Below are positions 42,801 through 55,352 of a stretch of 64,000 nucleotides of DNA, piece by piece. Every line of letters starts with the position of its first letter. Position 1 is the stretch's first letter. Location: the IMG/VR virus record IMGVR_UViG_3300044699_000169; one strand, written 5' to 3'. A model generated the notes under the pieces. That model ran no database searches. It saw nothing but the letters and a program-made list of their open reading frames with translations, and had not been told where the DNA came from. The position numbers and the translations under genes were made by a program. The DNA is from an uncultured virus (IMG/VR IMGVR_UViG_3300044699_000169) (lineage: Duplodnaviria > Heunggongvirae > Uroviricota > Caudoviricetes).

Positions 42801-45800
42801 CCGTCGAACGAGAGCGGGAGCGGTGCGCCAGGATCGCGGAGGAGATCGGCAACGAGCCATCGCCAGCGGGACAGGGCGCAAGATGGGTGGCCTGCTCGCG
42901 GATCGCGGAACGGATCCGGAAAGCACAGTAGGAAATGCCGATCTACGAAATCGTCAAGGAGTCGACGCTCGAGGAAGTGGAGAGCGCGGCACGCCTTCTC
43001 TGGCGCGGGCAGTACGGCTTCAGCTGTCCGAACTGCTCCGTCAGCGTATACGGGAAAAGCGTCGAGTGGTGCCACGCGCATCTACTCGAGCATCTTGTCG
43101 AGACCATCAGAGGGAAGAAGGCCTAGCATGTGCAGCTGCACTCACGGGAGCGACCGGCACTACCTGGACTACGCAGGTCCGGGCGTCGCCGGCGGGATCC
43201 TGACGCGGTGTCTTGAGCCCGGCTGCGGATGCCAGATGTTCACGCCCACGAGCGTCATCGTGACACCGGTTACGCTGATCTTTCGGAATGGAAATACGCT
43301 CGATCGGATAGGCGAGGTATAGGAGAAAACTCATGGGCGAGAAACACCCCCTGACCGAGGCGCTTCGGGCCGAGATCGTGAAGCTCGCGAACGAAGGGGA
43401 CACCAAGAAGGAGGGAGCCCTCACGGCCGACGTCCTTCTGAAGATCATGCGGGTCGCCAAGACCGGGCGCGACCTGCTCGTCTCCATGGATGCGAATCCT
43501 TCCAACCTCTCGAATCTCGTCCAGAAACCCAGGAGCCCGTTCTCGGGCGGCTTCCTGGGCGCCTCCTCCGCCGGGGACGATGACTTTGGCGCTTCGGAAC
43601 AGTCGGCGGCTGTTGCGGTGCCCTTCGCCCCGGCGCCATTCCAGGAGAACTTCGGAATGACGGCAATCCGGGAGATCATCTCGGCGGCGAAAAACCTGAA
43701 CGGCAATGGTCCGACCCCGGCCCGCCTGGTCGAGGCGCTCGCGATCGCCAAGGAAAAGGGTCTGGACGACGTCGCCCGCGAGCTCGAGGCGCAGCTCGGG
43801 ATCCCGAAGAAGCCCGTCGAGATTCACAAGATCGAAGACAAGAAGCCCGAACCCCAGAAGGAGGCGTCATGAAGCTCTATCTCCCGTCCTGGAACGGAGA
43901 TATGCGTCTGGTCGAAGGACCCGACGGCTCCGCCTCACGCTCACGGATCCAACGCCGCAGGAGCTCATCGTGGCCGGGCAGTTCCTTCGCGCCGCGGCCA
44001 AGGAAGGCTGGTGGGACGGAGAGGTTCCGAAGAAGGGAGAACCCTACACCGGGAAGGCGAAGGACTATGCCGATCCGAGCTCCGATCGCCAAGGCCTCCA
44101 AGATCCTGATCGCCGTCGCCCGGCCCAAGACCGGACGCTGACGGCGGTCAAGTTCACGAGCGGAAAGATGGAGGTCGTGGAAGGGGCGACGTCGAAGTCG
44201 CTCGAGGAGATCGAGAAGACCCTCGAGAAGGCAAAGGCTCAGGAGAAGTCGGGAGAAGAGGCCAAGGCTGCGAGCGTGAAGCGTCCGACCCCCTGCTGTC
44301 CCCAGTGCCAGCCGGGCGCGATCGGGCCGGCGTCTGAGGTGCTTCTTTCATTCCTTTCACCCGAGCAACATGAACGCTGGGCCCAGGAGCGGGCGATCCT
44401 CGTCCAAGGCCATCTTTCCGGGCATCGCTATGTGATCGCCCATCGGCACACGCCGCTCGCCCAGAAGGTGGGCCGGATCTGCTTCGACATTGACGATCAG
44501 AAGGTCGTTCACTTTCACGACTGGTCGGTGCCGCCCGAGGAGGAAGTGCTGGCCGCGAAGCTGATCCTCGAGCACGCGGAGCCCTGGCTCCGGAACGAGG
44601 CCACCGTCTTGGGCGGGGGATCGGACGTCTACAAGAATCCGTTCGGGGACATCTCCGACGGCACCGAAAGCGCTGCCTTCGCGCAGGGAATCGGCCAGGG
44701 CCTGATGGATTTCGGAAAGAACTAGAAGCGAGCCAAGCCATGAACATCGACGAAGCGGTCGCCAAGGCTTGCCTGGAGCCGACGCTCCTCGACGCGCTCA
44801 CCTGGATCGCGGTCTGGGAATCTGAGCGCGCGATCCAGCAGGCCAAGAAGTTCTTCGAAACCGGGGAGCGCACGGGCTCTAACGGGGCCGGGTGGGACAC
44901 CTGCTTCAAGGTCTGCTTTTGAAAAGGTCATGCAGACCTGGAAAACGCCGTCCCCCGCGGATGCCGACCGGCACCTGGAAGCCCTGAAAGAGATCCTCGA
45001 GAGCGCCAAAACCACCGGCGAGGACATGTCGCACCTTTGGCTGATCGAACGGATCGGGAAAGCCCTCCGTGCGCCTGGAAAAATTGAAGAGCGCCGGAAT
45101 GCGGCACCTGAGATGGAATATCTCGTAGGCCAACGACTCGCGCCCGGACTTGTTGTGGCTCCGGAGTCCATCGCCGAAAAGCTCGCGCTCGTCGAGAAGA
45201 TGAATGCGGACAATGCCAAGATGCGCGGCGAGTACCTGAAGGAAAAGCAAAAACTAGAGCTTCAGGTCCGTGCAGTAGTCGATCTGGTCCCTCATACGGT
45301 CGGGGCGCATACAGAAGGATTCCCGTGCGATGGATGCTTGGCCCTGAAGAAGCTGGGGATCGAAAGAACGTCTATCTTCGAAAATCGGAACTGTGGAGAC
45401 TGCGGACAAGTGCCCGGACGAGCGCATTCCCCGGTTGCAAGAACGAGTCGCCAAGCGCGAAGTTTAGATGAGGTAGCCGATGCAATGCCTCCGACTAATA
45501 GGAGGAGGTGAACTATGGGCAAGACAATCAAGGAAACGGTCGCGGAGATCATGAAGGACTTCCCGTGTCGGGAGTGCGGCGGAAGGCGGACTAACCCCTA
45601 CGCGACGGGTTCGACGCTCTGCCATGGGTGCGGTGGGACCGGGAAGGAGCGCGACCGCGAAAGAAAGGTTAAGGCTCGGACGTGACATCTGAGAGCGAAC
45701 TGTTCTGCCGCTGCGGTCACGGGGAATTCTCCCATGTAGAGCCGCTTCCAAAGGACGGCGTGAAGTGGCTGCTTCGGTCGTTCCCCTGCACGTTCCAGGA

Positions 45801-48150
45801 TGCCCGGGGATGCTGCCCCTGCTTGGACTTCCACCTTGCGCCTCGGCGGGCACCAGCAGCCCCGGCTTGCGCCCATGGCAACATCGAAGCCGTCGGAGAG
45901 GGGTTCCGGCGCTGCAAGGATTGCGGCGAGATGGAGCCCCGATACCAGAAGAGATCGGAGCCACCGGATTGGATAACCAGCGGTCGGCATGGGTGAACTA
46001 TAGAACCCGAGAAAAAAGGAAATCCCTGGATTAGCTGAGGTGGACGGTATGGGATGCATTTGCGGGTGCCATGACAAGCTCGACGCCATTGGCGTTCGGG
46101 GATGCTGCTTCGAGTGCGAGAAGGATCACGACCCGCTCCGCAACGCACTTCTTCAGTCAGCGTAATCCGCAACTACGTCAACGAGGAAGGCGTGTCCGAC
46201 ACGGCGAAGGTTATACCGGGATCCAGGGAGTAGTGAACAAGCCGGTCTGCGAACACGACTGGCTGGATCTTGAGCCGGTAGTCCACGATGGCGAGCAATG
46301 CAAGAAATGCTTTGAGGTTCGGACAAAACCGAAAAAGCAGGTTGATCTACAGCAGAGCTGCGACCATAAGTGGTCCCATATTGAGGATCACCACGTCTAC
46401 TGCCCGAAGTGCAAGAAGACGGCGGATCTGTGCTTCACCTGCGAGACCGAGAAGCAGAACGTGGGCGGGATACTGGTGTGCCTGAATTGTCGTGGTCACT
46501 AGAGACATGCCATGAACATCGCGGCGGCGGCAATCCTTGAGCGAGGGAAGATTTGGACCGGAACTCGGCACCATCTGATTATCCGAGACATCATTCAGGC
46601 TCGAGGAAAGGAAGAGGGGTACGTCAGCGGCGAACAGGGCTTCGTCACGGACAAAGGGCAGTTCGTGAATCGTCGCCAAGCCGCGATCATCGCATTCCAC
46701 GCTGGCCAGATTCCGAACCGCAAGGAAGAGTTGTTCAGCGAGGACATCTTTAAGGTGATGGGCTGACCATGACAAAAGAGGAAGCGCAAGAAGAGATACT
46801 TGAGGCGAAACAAGTTTACGAAGATGCGTTGGATCGCTTGCGTTCTGAGTGTGAATCTGCAATTGGACACGGACGAAAACGATCCTCGAAAGTACGATCT
46901 TTTTGTCATGTGCTGCGGACCTACCTTGGGAGCAATGCGTACAGCCTGTCGCCCAATGGGGGCTGCGTGCGCTCATCCGCGCAGCATTGTCAAATGCTCC
47001 TGGACGGGGTTGCATTCAATGGATTTGACGGGCCTGTTCTAGGTCGCTCTATCCAGTGTCCTTGCGGACGATATGGTGGATTGTCGTGACGTTGATGCGT
47101 AAGACCGCGCTCCTGCACCTGTGGGGCTCGATGGAAACCGAAGCTTGTCGGGTCTACGTGGGTGTGCTGTACTGGAGCCATTTGAATTAGTCGGAACGGA
47201 GCGACAACGAAACGATGGAAGATCTCATTAACCGGCGACTGTCTGACGTCGCACTACTCGCTCAACCATCTGAACGACGTTCCGGTTGGACGGCAAGCCG
47301 CTGCCGGTCTCTGCGACATGGTGCTCCCGGCAACGACCAATGGATTTCGTCTTTGCTCCTATCGGTGGGCAGGAGAAATCGAAGCGGCTAGAAACCTGAG
47401 TATCGAGAGATTTTCGAGATCGTCAAACGGAAGCAGGTCGTGGGTCATCTCGATGGCCGGTCTGGATGCCGGCATGACCGACCACTCTCTACGACATGAT
47501 CTTTTAGGCTACTGAAGCTTTCGGGTGCCCTGGAGGATATCGCTGAAAATAGGATTGTCCAGACGGGAGCGGAATCCAACGGCTCACGATCTGCATGGAT
47601 ACAAACACGAAATGGGTCGTGTGTCTGCGAGAAGTAAGTGCAAGGGCAAGCAGAGTTGAGCCGGACAAGGTAACTATGACCGGCAACGGAAGATTCTCGG
47701 GTCCCCCGGCGAAGGAGTACCAGCATCGCACCGGGGTGGTGATCAGCGTACCCGGCGGTCCAGCCAAACCGACCCGTGCCGTTGTATCGGCGATCTAGAC
47801 TGGATCGAAAATCAGAATTCGTACTGGAATTCTAGCGAGAAGAAGACATGAGCCAAAAGACCTGCTGAACTCATCATTGCTCGATCGGGACCACCTGCGG
47901 CGAGCCGCCGAGAAGTGCCCCCAGTGCGAGAAGGCGTTCTGCTCGATCTGCATCAACGAGCACCTCAAGGTCCACCGTCCAACGCCCGTCGAGCCGAAGA
48001 AGATCGGGTGAATCTCGGGATCTGCAAGATCTGCGAGCTGGTCGGGGCCTACGCCAACGGCCGCGGCTGCTCGGCCTGCGGGTCGGAGACGGAGCCGCTC
48101 AAGGCGGCGTTGAAACCGGACGGCACCATCCTCTTCTATACGGAGGGCCC
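39815..48150 (+). other. Long run of small to medium hypothetical genes (e.g. 39815, 42014, 43333-43872, 43869-44725, 44930, 46512-46766)
   Basis: Co-directional tiled ORFs, many CxxC motifs, frequent frameshifts. Confidence 0.5.
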
Positions 48151-48667
48151 GTGAGGTTCTGGCTCGACACCGAGTTCATCGACGACGGGAAGACGATCGA
48201 CCTTCTCTCGATCGCGCTCATTTCCCAGACCGGTCGCGAGTACTACGCCGTTTCGCGCGACGCGGACTGGTCGAAGGCAAGCGAGTGGGTCCAGAAGAAC
48301 GTCCTCCCTACCTCGATCGCGTGGAAGCGAAGCCGAGGGCCCAGATTCGCCACGAGATCGAGCGCTTCATCTTCGGGTCCTGGAGCTCGAATCGCCTGGC
48401 GCCCATCGGATGCCGGAGATCTGGGCGTGGTACGGGAGCTACGACTGGGTGGCGTTCTCGCAGCTCTGGGGCCGGATGATCGACCTGCCAGACTGGCTTC
48501 CGCACTACGTCCGTGACGTGAAGCAGCTGGCCGACGATCTCATGAATCCCCGGCTTCCTTCCCGACAGAAGGGAGAGCATCACGCACTTGAGGACGCCAA
48601 GTGGACGCGGAAGTGCTGGGAGATCCTAGAAGAGATCCGAAAGAATCTTATGAGGGGTGAAAAATGA
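48151..48667 (+). CDS. DEDDh 3'-5' exonuclease (Rv2179c-like), frameshifted
   Basis: FWLDTEF..DGKTIDLLSIAL...EWVQKNVLP...WAWYGSYDWV...HHALEDAKW. Confidence 0.8.
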
Positions 48668-49188
48668 CGGAGTTCAAGGACAACCCCGAGTTTCTTGACG
48701 ATGATCAGATCCCTGGCGAAGAGTTGAGCTATTGTCCTACTTGCAAAATTCACATACGAAAATCAGAATGGCAGCCCGAAATCGTTACGTGCGAGTTCGG
48801 GACGGAGCATTTTGGGGAAAGATGTCCGCGGTGTAAGAAAGTTCGTGTTATTCTAGAGCCTCACGAGCAGAGGCCGGATCCGGATGCGAGGGACGATGGA
48901 AAATAAAATCGAAGTGAAGGTCGGTCAGGTGTGGGAGGACTGGGACATCCGTCATCGGGACGCTCCGGGACGCCGCAGGATCAAGGTCATCGAGATCAAG
49001 GACGGCAAGGCGATCGTCCAGCATCCCAGCGGCCATGGGACCAAGACGCGGATCCGCCTGGACCGCTTCAAGCCGACGTCGACAGGATACAAGCTGGTCG
49101 AAGACGTCCCCGCCAGCGTATAATCAGTCCTGGAGCCTAGAGCGTCCATCGGGCCGGCTCTGACGTGGGCCTCCCGAGAAACCCTTGA

Positions 49189-49902
49189 GTGGGGCCTGGG
49201 CTTTCTCCGGAGAAGATCGTGTACCAGGACACCGAGAAGATCGCCGAGGCCCTCTGGGACAAGCGCGACCGCGCCGTCGAGGTCGACCCAGCGCAGTTCG
49301 AGGAGATGTTCGGGCGCGCCGAGCCCGGGTGGGACCCCTTCGATTTCCCAGAAAATTACCGCTGGTTCCTCATCAAGGACTTCCCCGTCAAGGATCTCGA
49401 CGTCACCCTCGCGCGCCTGATGAAGGACGCCCGGGATCCCGGCCAGGAGAAGTTCCAGCACGACCGGATCATCGAACTCTGGAAGAAGGGCCGTCCCTTC
49501 TGGCCGGTCTTCGTGACGGCCACCGGCATCATCGCCGACGGCTATCACCGCACCGCCGCGCACCGGACGCTCGGGCACAAGACGGTCGACGTCGTGGTTT
49601 CGGTGGCCTCCAAGCGCGAAGCCTACCCCCTCCACCAGGATGAACTGTGGCTCGAGGCGTTCCCGAAAGAGGAGAAGGAAATGAAGCACCTGTACAGCAT
49701 CGAGTTCTTCACGGAAAACGGCGAGGTGGACGGCTATTTCGCCCACCTCACCGAGCGCCAGGCCGAGGACGTGAAGGACCGCTTGAAGAAGGCGGCGGAC
49801 ATGTACGAGCTCGGGCAGCCCCGGGTCTTCAAGGTCGACCTGAACGAAACGCCCGACTTCAAGACGCTCATGGAGGCGATCGAGGAGCGGTATCCCTCGT
49901 GA
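49189..49902 (+). CDS. ParB/Srx-like domain protein with an acidic C-terminal module
   Basis: FWPVFV...IIADGYHRTAA..LG.KTVDVVV. Confidence 0.6.
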   Translation: MGPGLSPEKIVYQDTEKIAEALWDKRDRAVEVDPAQFEEMFGRAEPGWDPFDFPENYRWFLIKDFPVKDLDVTLARLMKDARDPGQEKFQHDRIIELWKKGRPFWPVFVTATGIIADGYHRTAAHRTLGHKTVDVVVSVASKREAYPLHQDELWLEAFPKEEKEMKHLYSIEFFTENGEVDGYFAHLTERQAEDVKDRLKKAADMYELGQPRVFKVDLNETPDFKTLMEAIEERYPS

Positions 49903-50019
49903 GCTGGCTTCCCGGCTTCTACGACGTCCTGGGCGGCGCGTGGTTCGTGATGGTCCCGCGCGTCGGGCCAGGATGCGCCGGGTTCATGGCCTACGCTTCG
50001 TACAACTGAGGAGCTCCCC

Positions 50020-50455
50020 CTATTCGCTCTCGCTGTTCACCCGGCGCCCGTCGTCCCACTTCTTGGGGTCCAGGTCGAAGAACTTGCAGATCCGGACGAG
50101 GTTGTCCTTGCCGTAGTGGCTGTAGTTCTCGAGATCATCGAAGCCGTCCTGCCCCAGAAGCCAGAGCCATGCCTTGTAGTGGGTCATGGTACGCATCGCG
50201 GAGAGGCCCCGGCAGTTGTTGGCCTTCTCCCAGGCGAAGTCCATGTACCCGATGCACTGCTTGCGGACGTCCTCGTCGGTCTTGAACTGCTGCTCCCAGT
50301 CGGAGAGATCCGCGTCATCCTTGAGCAGGATCCCGCGCAGGGACTCGGCGCTTTCCTTCGTAAGGGCGCCCCGCGTAATCCCCGCACTCGAATCCGAACA
50401 GGTCGTTCTTCTTGGCCGTCTTGATCCGCTCGATGATTTCCGCCTGGGTTCTCAT
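50020..50455 (-). CDS. Phage-type hypothetical protein, frameshifted
   Basis: MRTQAEIIERIK...YMDFAWEKANNCRGLSA..T..HYKAWLWLLG...YGK. Confidence 0.6.
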
Positions 50456-51124
50456 GCTTCACCTCACGTTGGCTATTTTCGTTCCCTAATTCAAGCCGGG
50501 TTGTAGGCGACCTTCTCTGTTTCGGTCGGATCGAAATCGCAGGGCTCTACTTTCTCACCGACCTCGACGCGGATCCCGCTCGGATAAGAACTGACGTTTT
50601 TCTTCCGCCACTTCGTGATCTGGGCATCGAGCAGCCGGACCGCTTCGGGAAGGCACCCGGCGCAGACGTGATCCCAGAGGGGCCCGGTCCCGCCGTCGTA
50701 TCCGATTCCGAATTCGCCGCCCGCCTTGCCGCACTGCGCGGTTTTTCGCCCGGGCTTGGACGGCTCGGAAAGATCCGCGGTGAGCTTGTACCCCTCCAGC
50801 GTGCCGTCCGTCCACAGCGCCGATTCGCTGTGAGTCATCAGAGCAGCGCGCCTTCGCACCACTGGAAGAGCTTTCCTGGCGATCGCCAGAAAGCGCTCGT
50901 CGTATCGGAGGGATCGAAGTAAGGTCCGTACACGCGCTTGATGTCCTTGGCCAGATGCTCGGGCGTCTGGTGGTGCGAGGCCATCTTGAAGACGATCTCG
51001 TTGTGCCTCACGGAGGAAGGGAACGCTTTCAGCCACATGCTTCCCCGAGATGGAAGGCTTCTTGGTGTCGTCCCTGAAGAGCCGGTATTCGAGACCCATA
51101 TCCTCTCGCTCGTAATGCGAAGCT

Positions 51125-51152
51125 GAGTTACCGCGTATACGCAATAGGTCAA
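51125..51152 (-). promoter_or_regulatory. GTATAC-type promoter/operator, copy 4
   Basis: Minus strand TTGACC-tattgcGTATACgcgg-TAACTC (one base short of TATACT). Confidence 0.65.
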
Positions 51153-51242
51153 GGGCCAGATGAGGTCCCGGGAAGGGCTTATTTCCCTCTAAAAACCATG
51201 GGTCCGGGAGGCTAAAATAGGGTCTGCGCGGAGGCTTCAAAG

Positions 51243-51520
51243 ATGCCCAAGCCAGGAGACGACCGGCACGAGTACATCGTCCATTTCGTGGCTCCCTTCG
51301 GGATCCGCGCTTCAAGGAGCCCCAGCTCGAGGACAATCTGTACCTGGTCGAGATGACGCAGGAGCAGGCCGACGTGATCGGCACCACCCTCAAGCGCCTG
51401 TTCGACGCCGGCTTCATCGTCCAGAGCTATTCGGTGGCCCTGGCGGAAGCGATACGGGTCACGCCGCTCAATCTCCGCGAGCGTCTGGCGTACTACAAGC
51501 AGCAGGGCATGAGGGGATGA
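51243..51520 (+). CDS. Hypothetical protein, frameshifted (not in the ORF track)
   Basis: GGAGG then MPKPGDDRHEY...YLVEMTQEQADVIG...QQGMRG*. Confidence 0.55.
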
Positions 51521-52405
51521 AGCTCGACGTTCTGAAAGCCGCCACGACCTTCATCTACTCCGAGAAAGGTCCCGACTACGGGGAGTTCGGCGGCTGCGGG
51601 GACACGGCGAAGATCCTGATCGCGCTCTCCAAGAGGCTGGGGTTTTCCCAGGTCGAGCTCCGCTACGGAAACGCCTATCTCCCTACGAAAGGAATCCCGG
51701 GTGGGGATCCGAACGCTCACGCCTGGCTTCTGGTGGACGGCATGATCTTCGATCCCTCCCAATACGCCCACGGCTTCAAGGTGATTCGCTACGACGCCTT
51801 CACCCCCTATCGGGCGAAGGAATTCCATGAGCGATCTCCTCGAATGCATCGTCGGCATGGGCGAAGACGAAATCGAAGCCTGGGCGGACAAGACGCTCGC
51901 AGCCATCAAGCTGAAAGGCCTTCCAGGTCTCGAGTACGACCTCCCCGACGCCGAGCGGCTTTTCTTATCAGCCCAAGCGCCCAGGGAAGCTCAAGAAGTT
52001 CGCCGTCGACTTCCTCTGGTACCTCTACTCCCCCGACAAGGGCGGGCAGATCGACGAGTACGGCATGTGGGATTCCGGGAACTGCTGGACGCTCGCCCAG
52101 TCGCTTCACGACTGGATTGGTTCCCGCTCGTCGATGCGCTGGGTGGTCGGCCGGGATCCTCATAGGAGCCCGATAGCCCTCCCGCAGCACGTCGTCCTCA
52201 AGATCGGGAACTTCTACCTCGACGGGAACGGCGTCTACACGGAGAAGGAGCTCCTGGGGTGGTGGAGGGATCTGGAGCAGTTCGTGGATCTTTCTGTCAA
52301 GCCTTCTCGGCGGAAGAAGCGCTGGGCTACAGCATCCACTGCAGGATGCTCGACCGCGACCGGCTCGTCTCCGACTTCGGAAAGTATCTCGGGAAACCCG
52401 CATGA
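51517..52405 (+). CDS. Protein with two transglutaminase/papain-like Cys-His-Asp domains, frameshifted
   Basis: GGCGDTA...HAWLLVDGMIFDP; GNCWTLAQSL...HVVLKIGNFYLDGNG. Confidence 0.55.
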
Positions 52406-53129
52406 AATTCTCCGAGTTCCCCCACGACATGCGGGTCCTGATCGACCAGATCACCGAAGACGCCGGCGTCGACTACGTGGCCGATGACGTGGAGATCCCG
52501 GTGGGAATGGTGCCGACGAGCTCGTTCCCGGCCAGGATCCAGGGGCAAGCCGCCGGCGACGATCGCCAGTTCGAGGACTACCTCGAGACGCCGATCGAGG
52601 AATATCCTCCGGTCCTGGTCGCCCACGGCTACTGGGTGGACGGACGCCATCGCCTCTGGGCTGCGCGGGCAAGGAACGTCCAGGAGATCCAGACCGCCGA
52701 CATCTCCGCGCTCGTTCCGGCCTCCTACATCAAAAAAGCGCGGTTTTTGGGCAAGATGAGGCGTCCGGCAGGCTCTCCCTCTCTGGCCCAGGAGAAGAGA
52801 AGACTTTCAGGTTCTCGGAGCTTGGCCGGGAACATCAGGCGAAATCGCCGGGAATCTCGGTCTCAAGACGGCGAAGGAGACCGTGTGGAAGCTCGTCCCT
52901 GATTTTCCGGTCGATCAAGCCGCCGCGCTGGCCTGGACACCAGCATTCAGATTTTCGATGACGACGTCGATTCCGTCGCGCGTCAGATCGAGCGCGAGGG
53001 GAAGGTCATGAGACCCATTCTGATCGACGATTTGAACGAAGGCATACTTGGATGGAGGGGAGGCATCGCTCCATCGCTTCGGAGAAGTTGGGCCTGAAGA
53101 CCATCCCCGCCTTGTACAGGATCGAGTGA
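52402..53129 (+). CDS. Tandem ParB/Srx-like domains, frameshifted
   Basis: YPPVLV..WVDGRHRLWAA; linker KMRRPAGSPSLAQ; RPILID...WMEGRHRSIAS..LGLKTIPA. Confidence 0.6.
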
Positions 53130-53260
53130 ATTCGTCACGGGAAATCTGATATCATTCTCAGCAGCCTCAAAGAGGGGTGATTCATGGAACGCAAAAAGTG
53201 CCCCCCAGGATTCCGCCGTCAAGGTCCCAAGTGCGTTCCCGTGAGGCCCACGGCAGTCCC

Positions 53261-53913
53261 ATGAACCGGCGCTTCTTTGGCGCTCCAGCGGGCGGGCCGA
53301 CTAGCTCCCCGTGGTCCACGGGGCCCGCGGCGAAGAAAGCGACCTGCGTCCAGGCCCTGGTGAGCGCCCTGCTTCAACATCTGCGCCCCGGTGCTCTGCG
53401 GATTCATCTCCGATCCTCCGGATCCGTAATTCCAGGCAACGGCTCCGCCGTGTTTGGAACGGTGGGAGTTGGAGGGACGCTCTACAAGGGCGGCCTCATC
53501 TTCGCGGCCGACGCGACCGTCCAGGCGAGTTCGCGAGTTCACGACCGCTCCGGCGAACAAGCTTTACGCCGTGGTGGCATTCGACGCCGGCGGCATTGGC
53601 GTGGTGGGAGCGGTCCTTCTGGGATCCGGAGCGGCCCAGGTGACCGTGAACGGCACCCTTTTTGTGGGCACCTGGACTCCGACTCCAGGAGCCACCCACA
53701 CGTCCACGCCTACTCCCAGAACGGCGTGGGATTCCTCTTCATCGACGGCGTCCAGATCCCGCTGGTCCCGGGCGGGCCTTCCCCGATCACGTTCATGCCG
53801 AACACTTCGGGTTTTCGGCTTTCAACACGGACATGGACTCGACCGCAGAGTTCTTTTCCGCCTTCGGGGCGAACGGCGTCTTCCCGCCGACCACGGTCTT
53901 CTGTTGCGGGTAA
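53261..53913 (+). CDS. Beta-rich protein ending CCG, paralog of 30109-30888; frameshifted
   Basis: MNRRFFG...GTWTPTPGATH...LFIDGVQIPL...PPTTVFCCG*. Confidence 0.6.
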
Positions 53914-55352
53914 AAAGAGACCCTACTTCGGGCTTTTCGGGCGACTGCAGTCGGCGCAGAGAGGCTTCCCGCCGGCGTCGGATGCGCCCGGGAATCCTTC
54001 GGCCATCTTCCGCAGCTTGAGCACTCGTAGCAGCTTCTGATCACGGTGGATTTGTTGAGATCCGTCCCGGCGGGCACGGAAGCGACGCTCTCCTTGATCA
54101 TGCGTTCCTGGAGCTTGGCGAGCTTGGTTTTGGCCTCGATCTCCGCCTCGGAAAGCCCCACGCGATACCGTCTCTGGCCTGATTTCTTGGGCTCCATCTT
54201 CTTCCTGCAGGCTCCGCAGATCGGCTCAAACTCCGTCGCGTGCTCGCAGTGGCCAGGAACTTCTCGACCTTCCCGCCCTTGCTCATCTTCCAGGCGATCG
54301 TGATCCCCACGAGCGAGATCGGCAGATGAAGACCGCCAGCACGGAGGTCGCGACGAAGATCAGCTTCCCGTTCTTTCCCCGCCAGGGCGGCGGGATCTTT
54401 CCCATCCGGACCCAGCGGACCTTGACGAGCGTGCCGAGTCCCTGGATCACGGATCCGAGCACCAGGTAGAAGCCGAGCAGATGGACAAAGGAGGTCGTCA
54501 TGGATCACTCCGAAAGCAGGGCGTTGGCGTCGTCGAGCTCGTCCTGGAGCTTCCGATCGAGCTTTCCCAGGAATCTCACCATCTTCCCGTAGCCTTTCAC
54601 GCCCCGGTGCTGATCGGCGACGTTCTGGGAGGCCATCGACAGCGCCTCGAGCGCGACCGGGAGAAGAGACGGATCCTCGATCACGGCCTCGGAAACCATG
54701 CTGAAGAACTCTCGGCGGGTCATAGCGTTCCTCCAATCTGTGCCGCGGCCTTCCACTGGGCTTCGATCTGGTCGGGCTTTCCGTCGGCGTTCCGCCAGCA
54801 GATGAGCTTCCGGATCATCATCGGATCCTTTCCTCCTTCTGGCACTTGACCGAGATGACGAGGACGGCTTCCAACTTCTTTCGGACTTTCGGATCTGGGT
54901 CGATCGAGTCGATCCATTCGCCGATGGTTTTCTCCTTGTCCCGCAAATCGTAGGTTTCGGCGATCCTCTTCAGGAGCGCATGGATCTCGAGCTCCGTGAT
55001 CTGGAACGCCATCTGTCGGCTAGGCATTTTGGGCGTCCCACTCCTTCATGAGGATGTCGGCGATCTCGATCATGGTGTCGGTCTTTTTTTCGGTTCTCCC
55101 GGCGCCGAAGCCGTCGAATCCGGTGCCGTGCTCGAGGCTCCTCCGGATCCAGTCGGCAGTCTCGTGAAATACGCGGCAAGGCCCGGGGAGACCGGTCCCA
55201 GCTTCGCCGCCACTCCTCGAGCAGCGGAATCTTCGCCGCCATCAGGCGGTTGTTCTGGGTATTTTTCACGCGTTCACCTTATCACATTCCGGATGCGGGG
55301 TCCCCTTCATTCTTCCCCGCCGGAGGCTTGCATCATTTGTAGTAGTCGCGCC

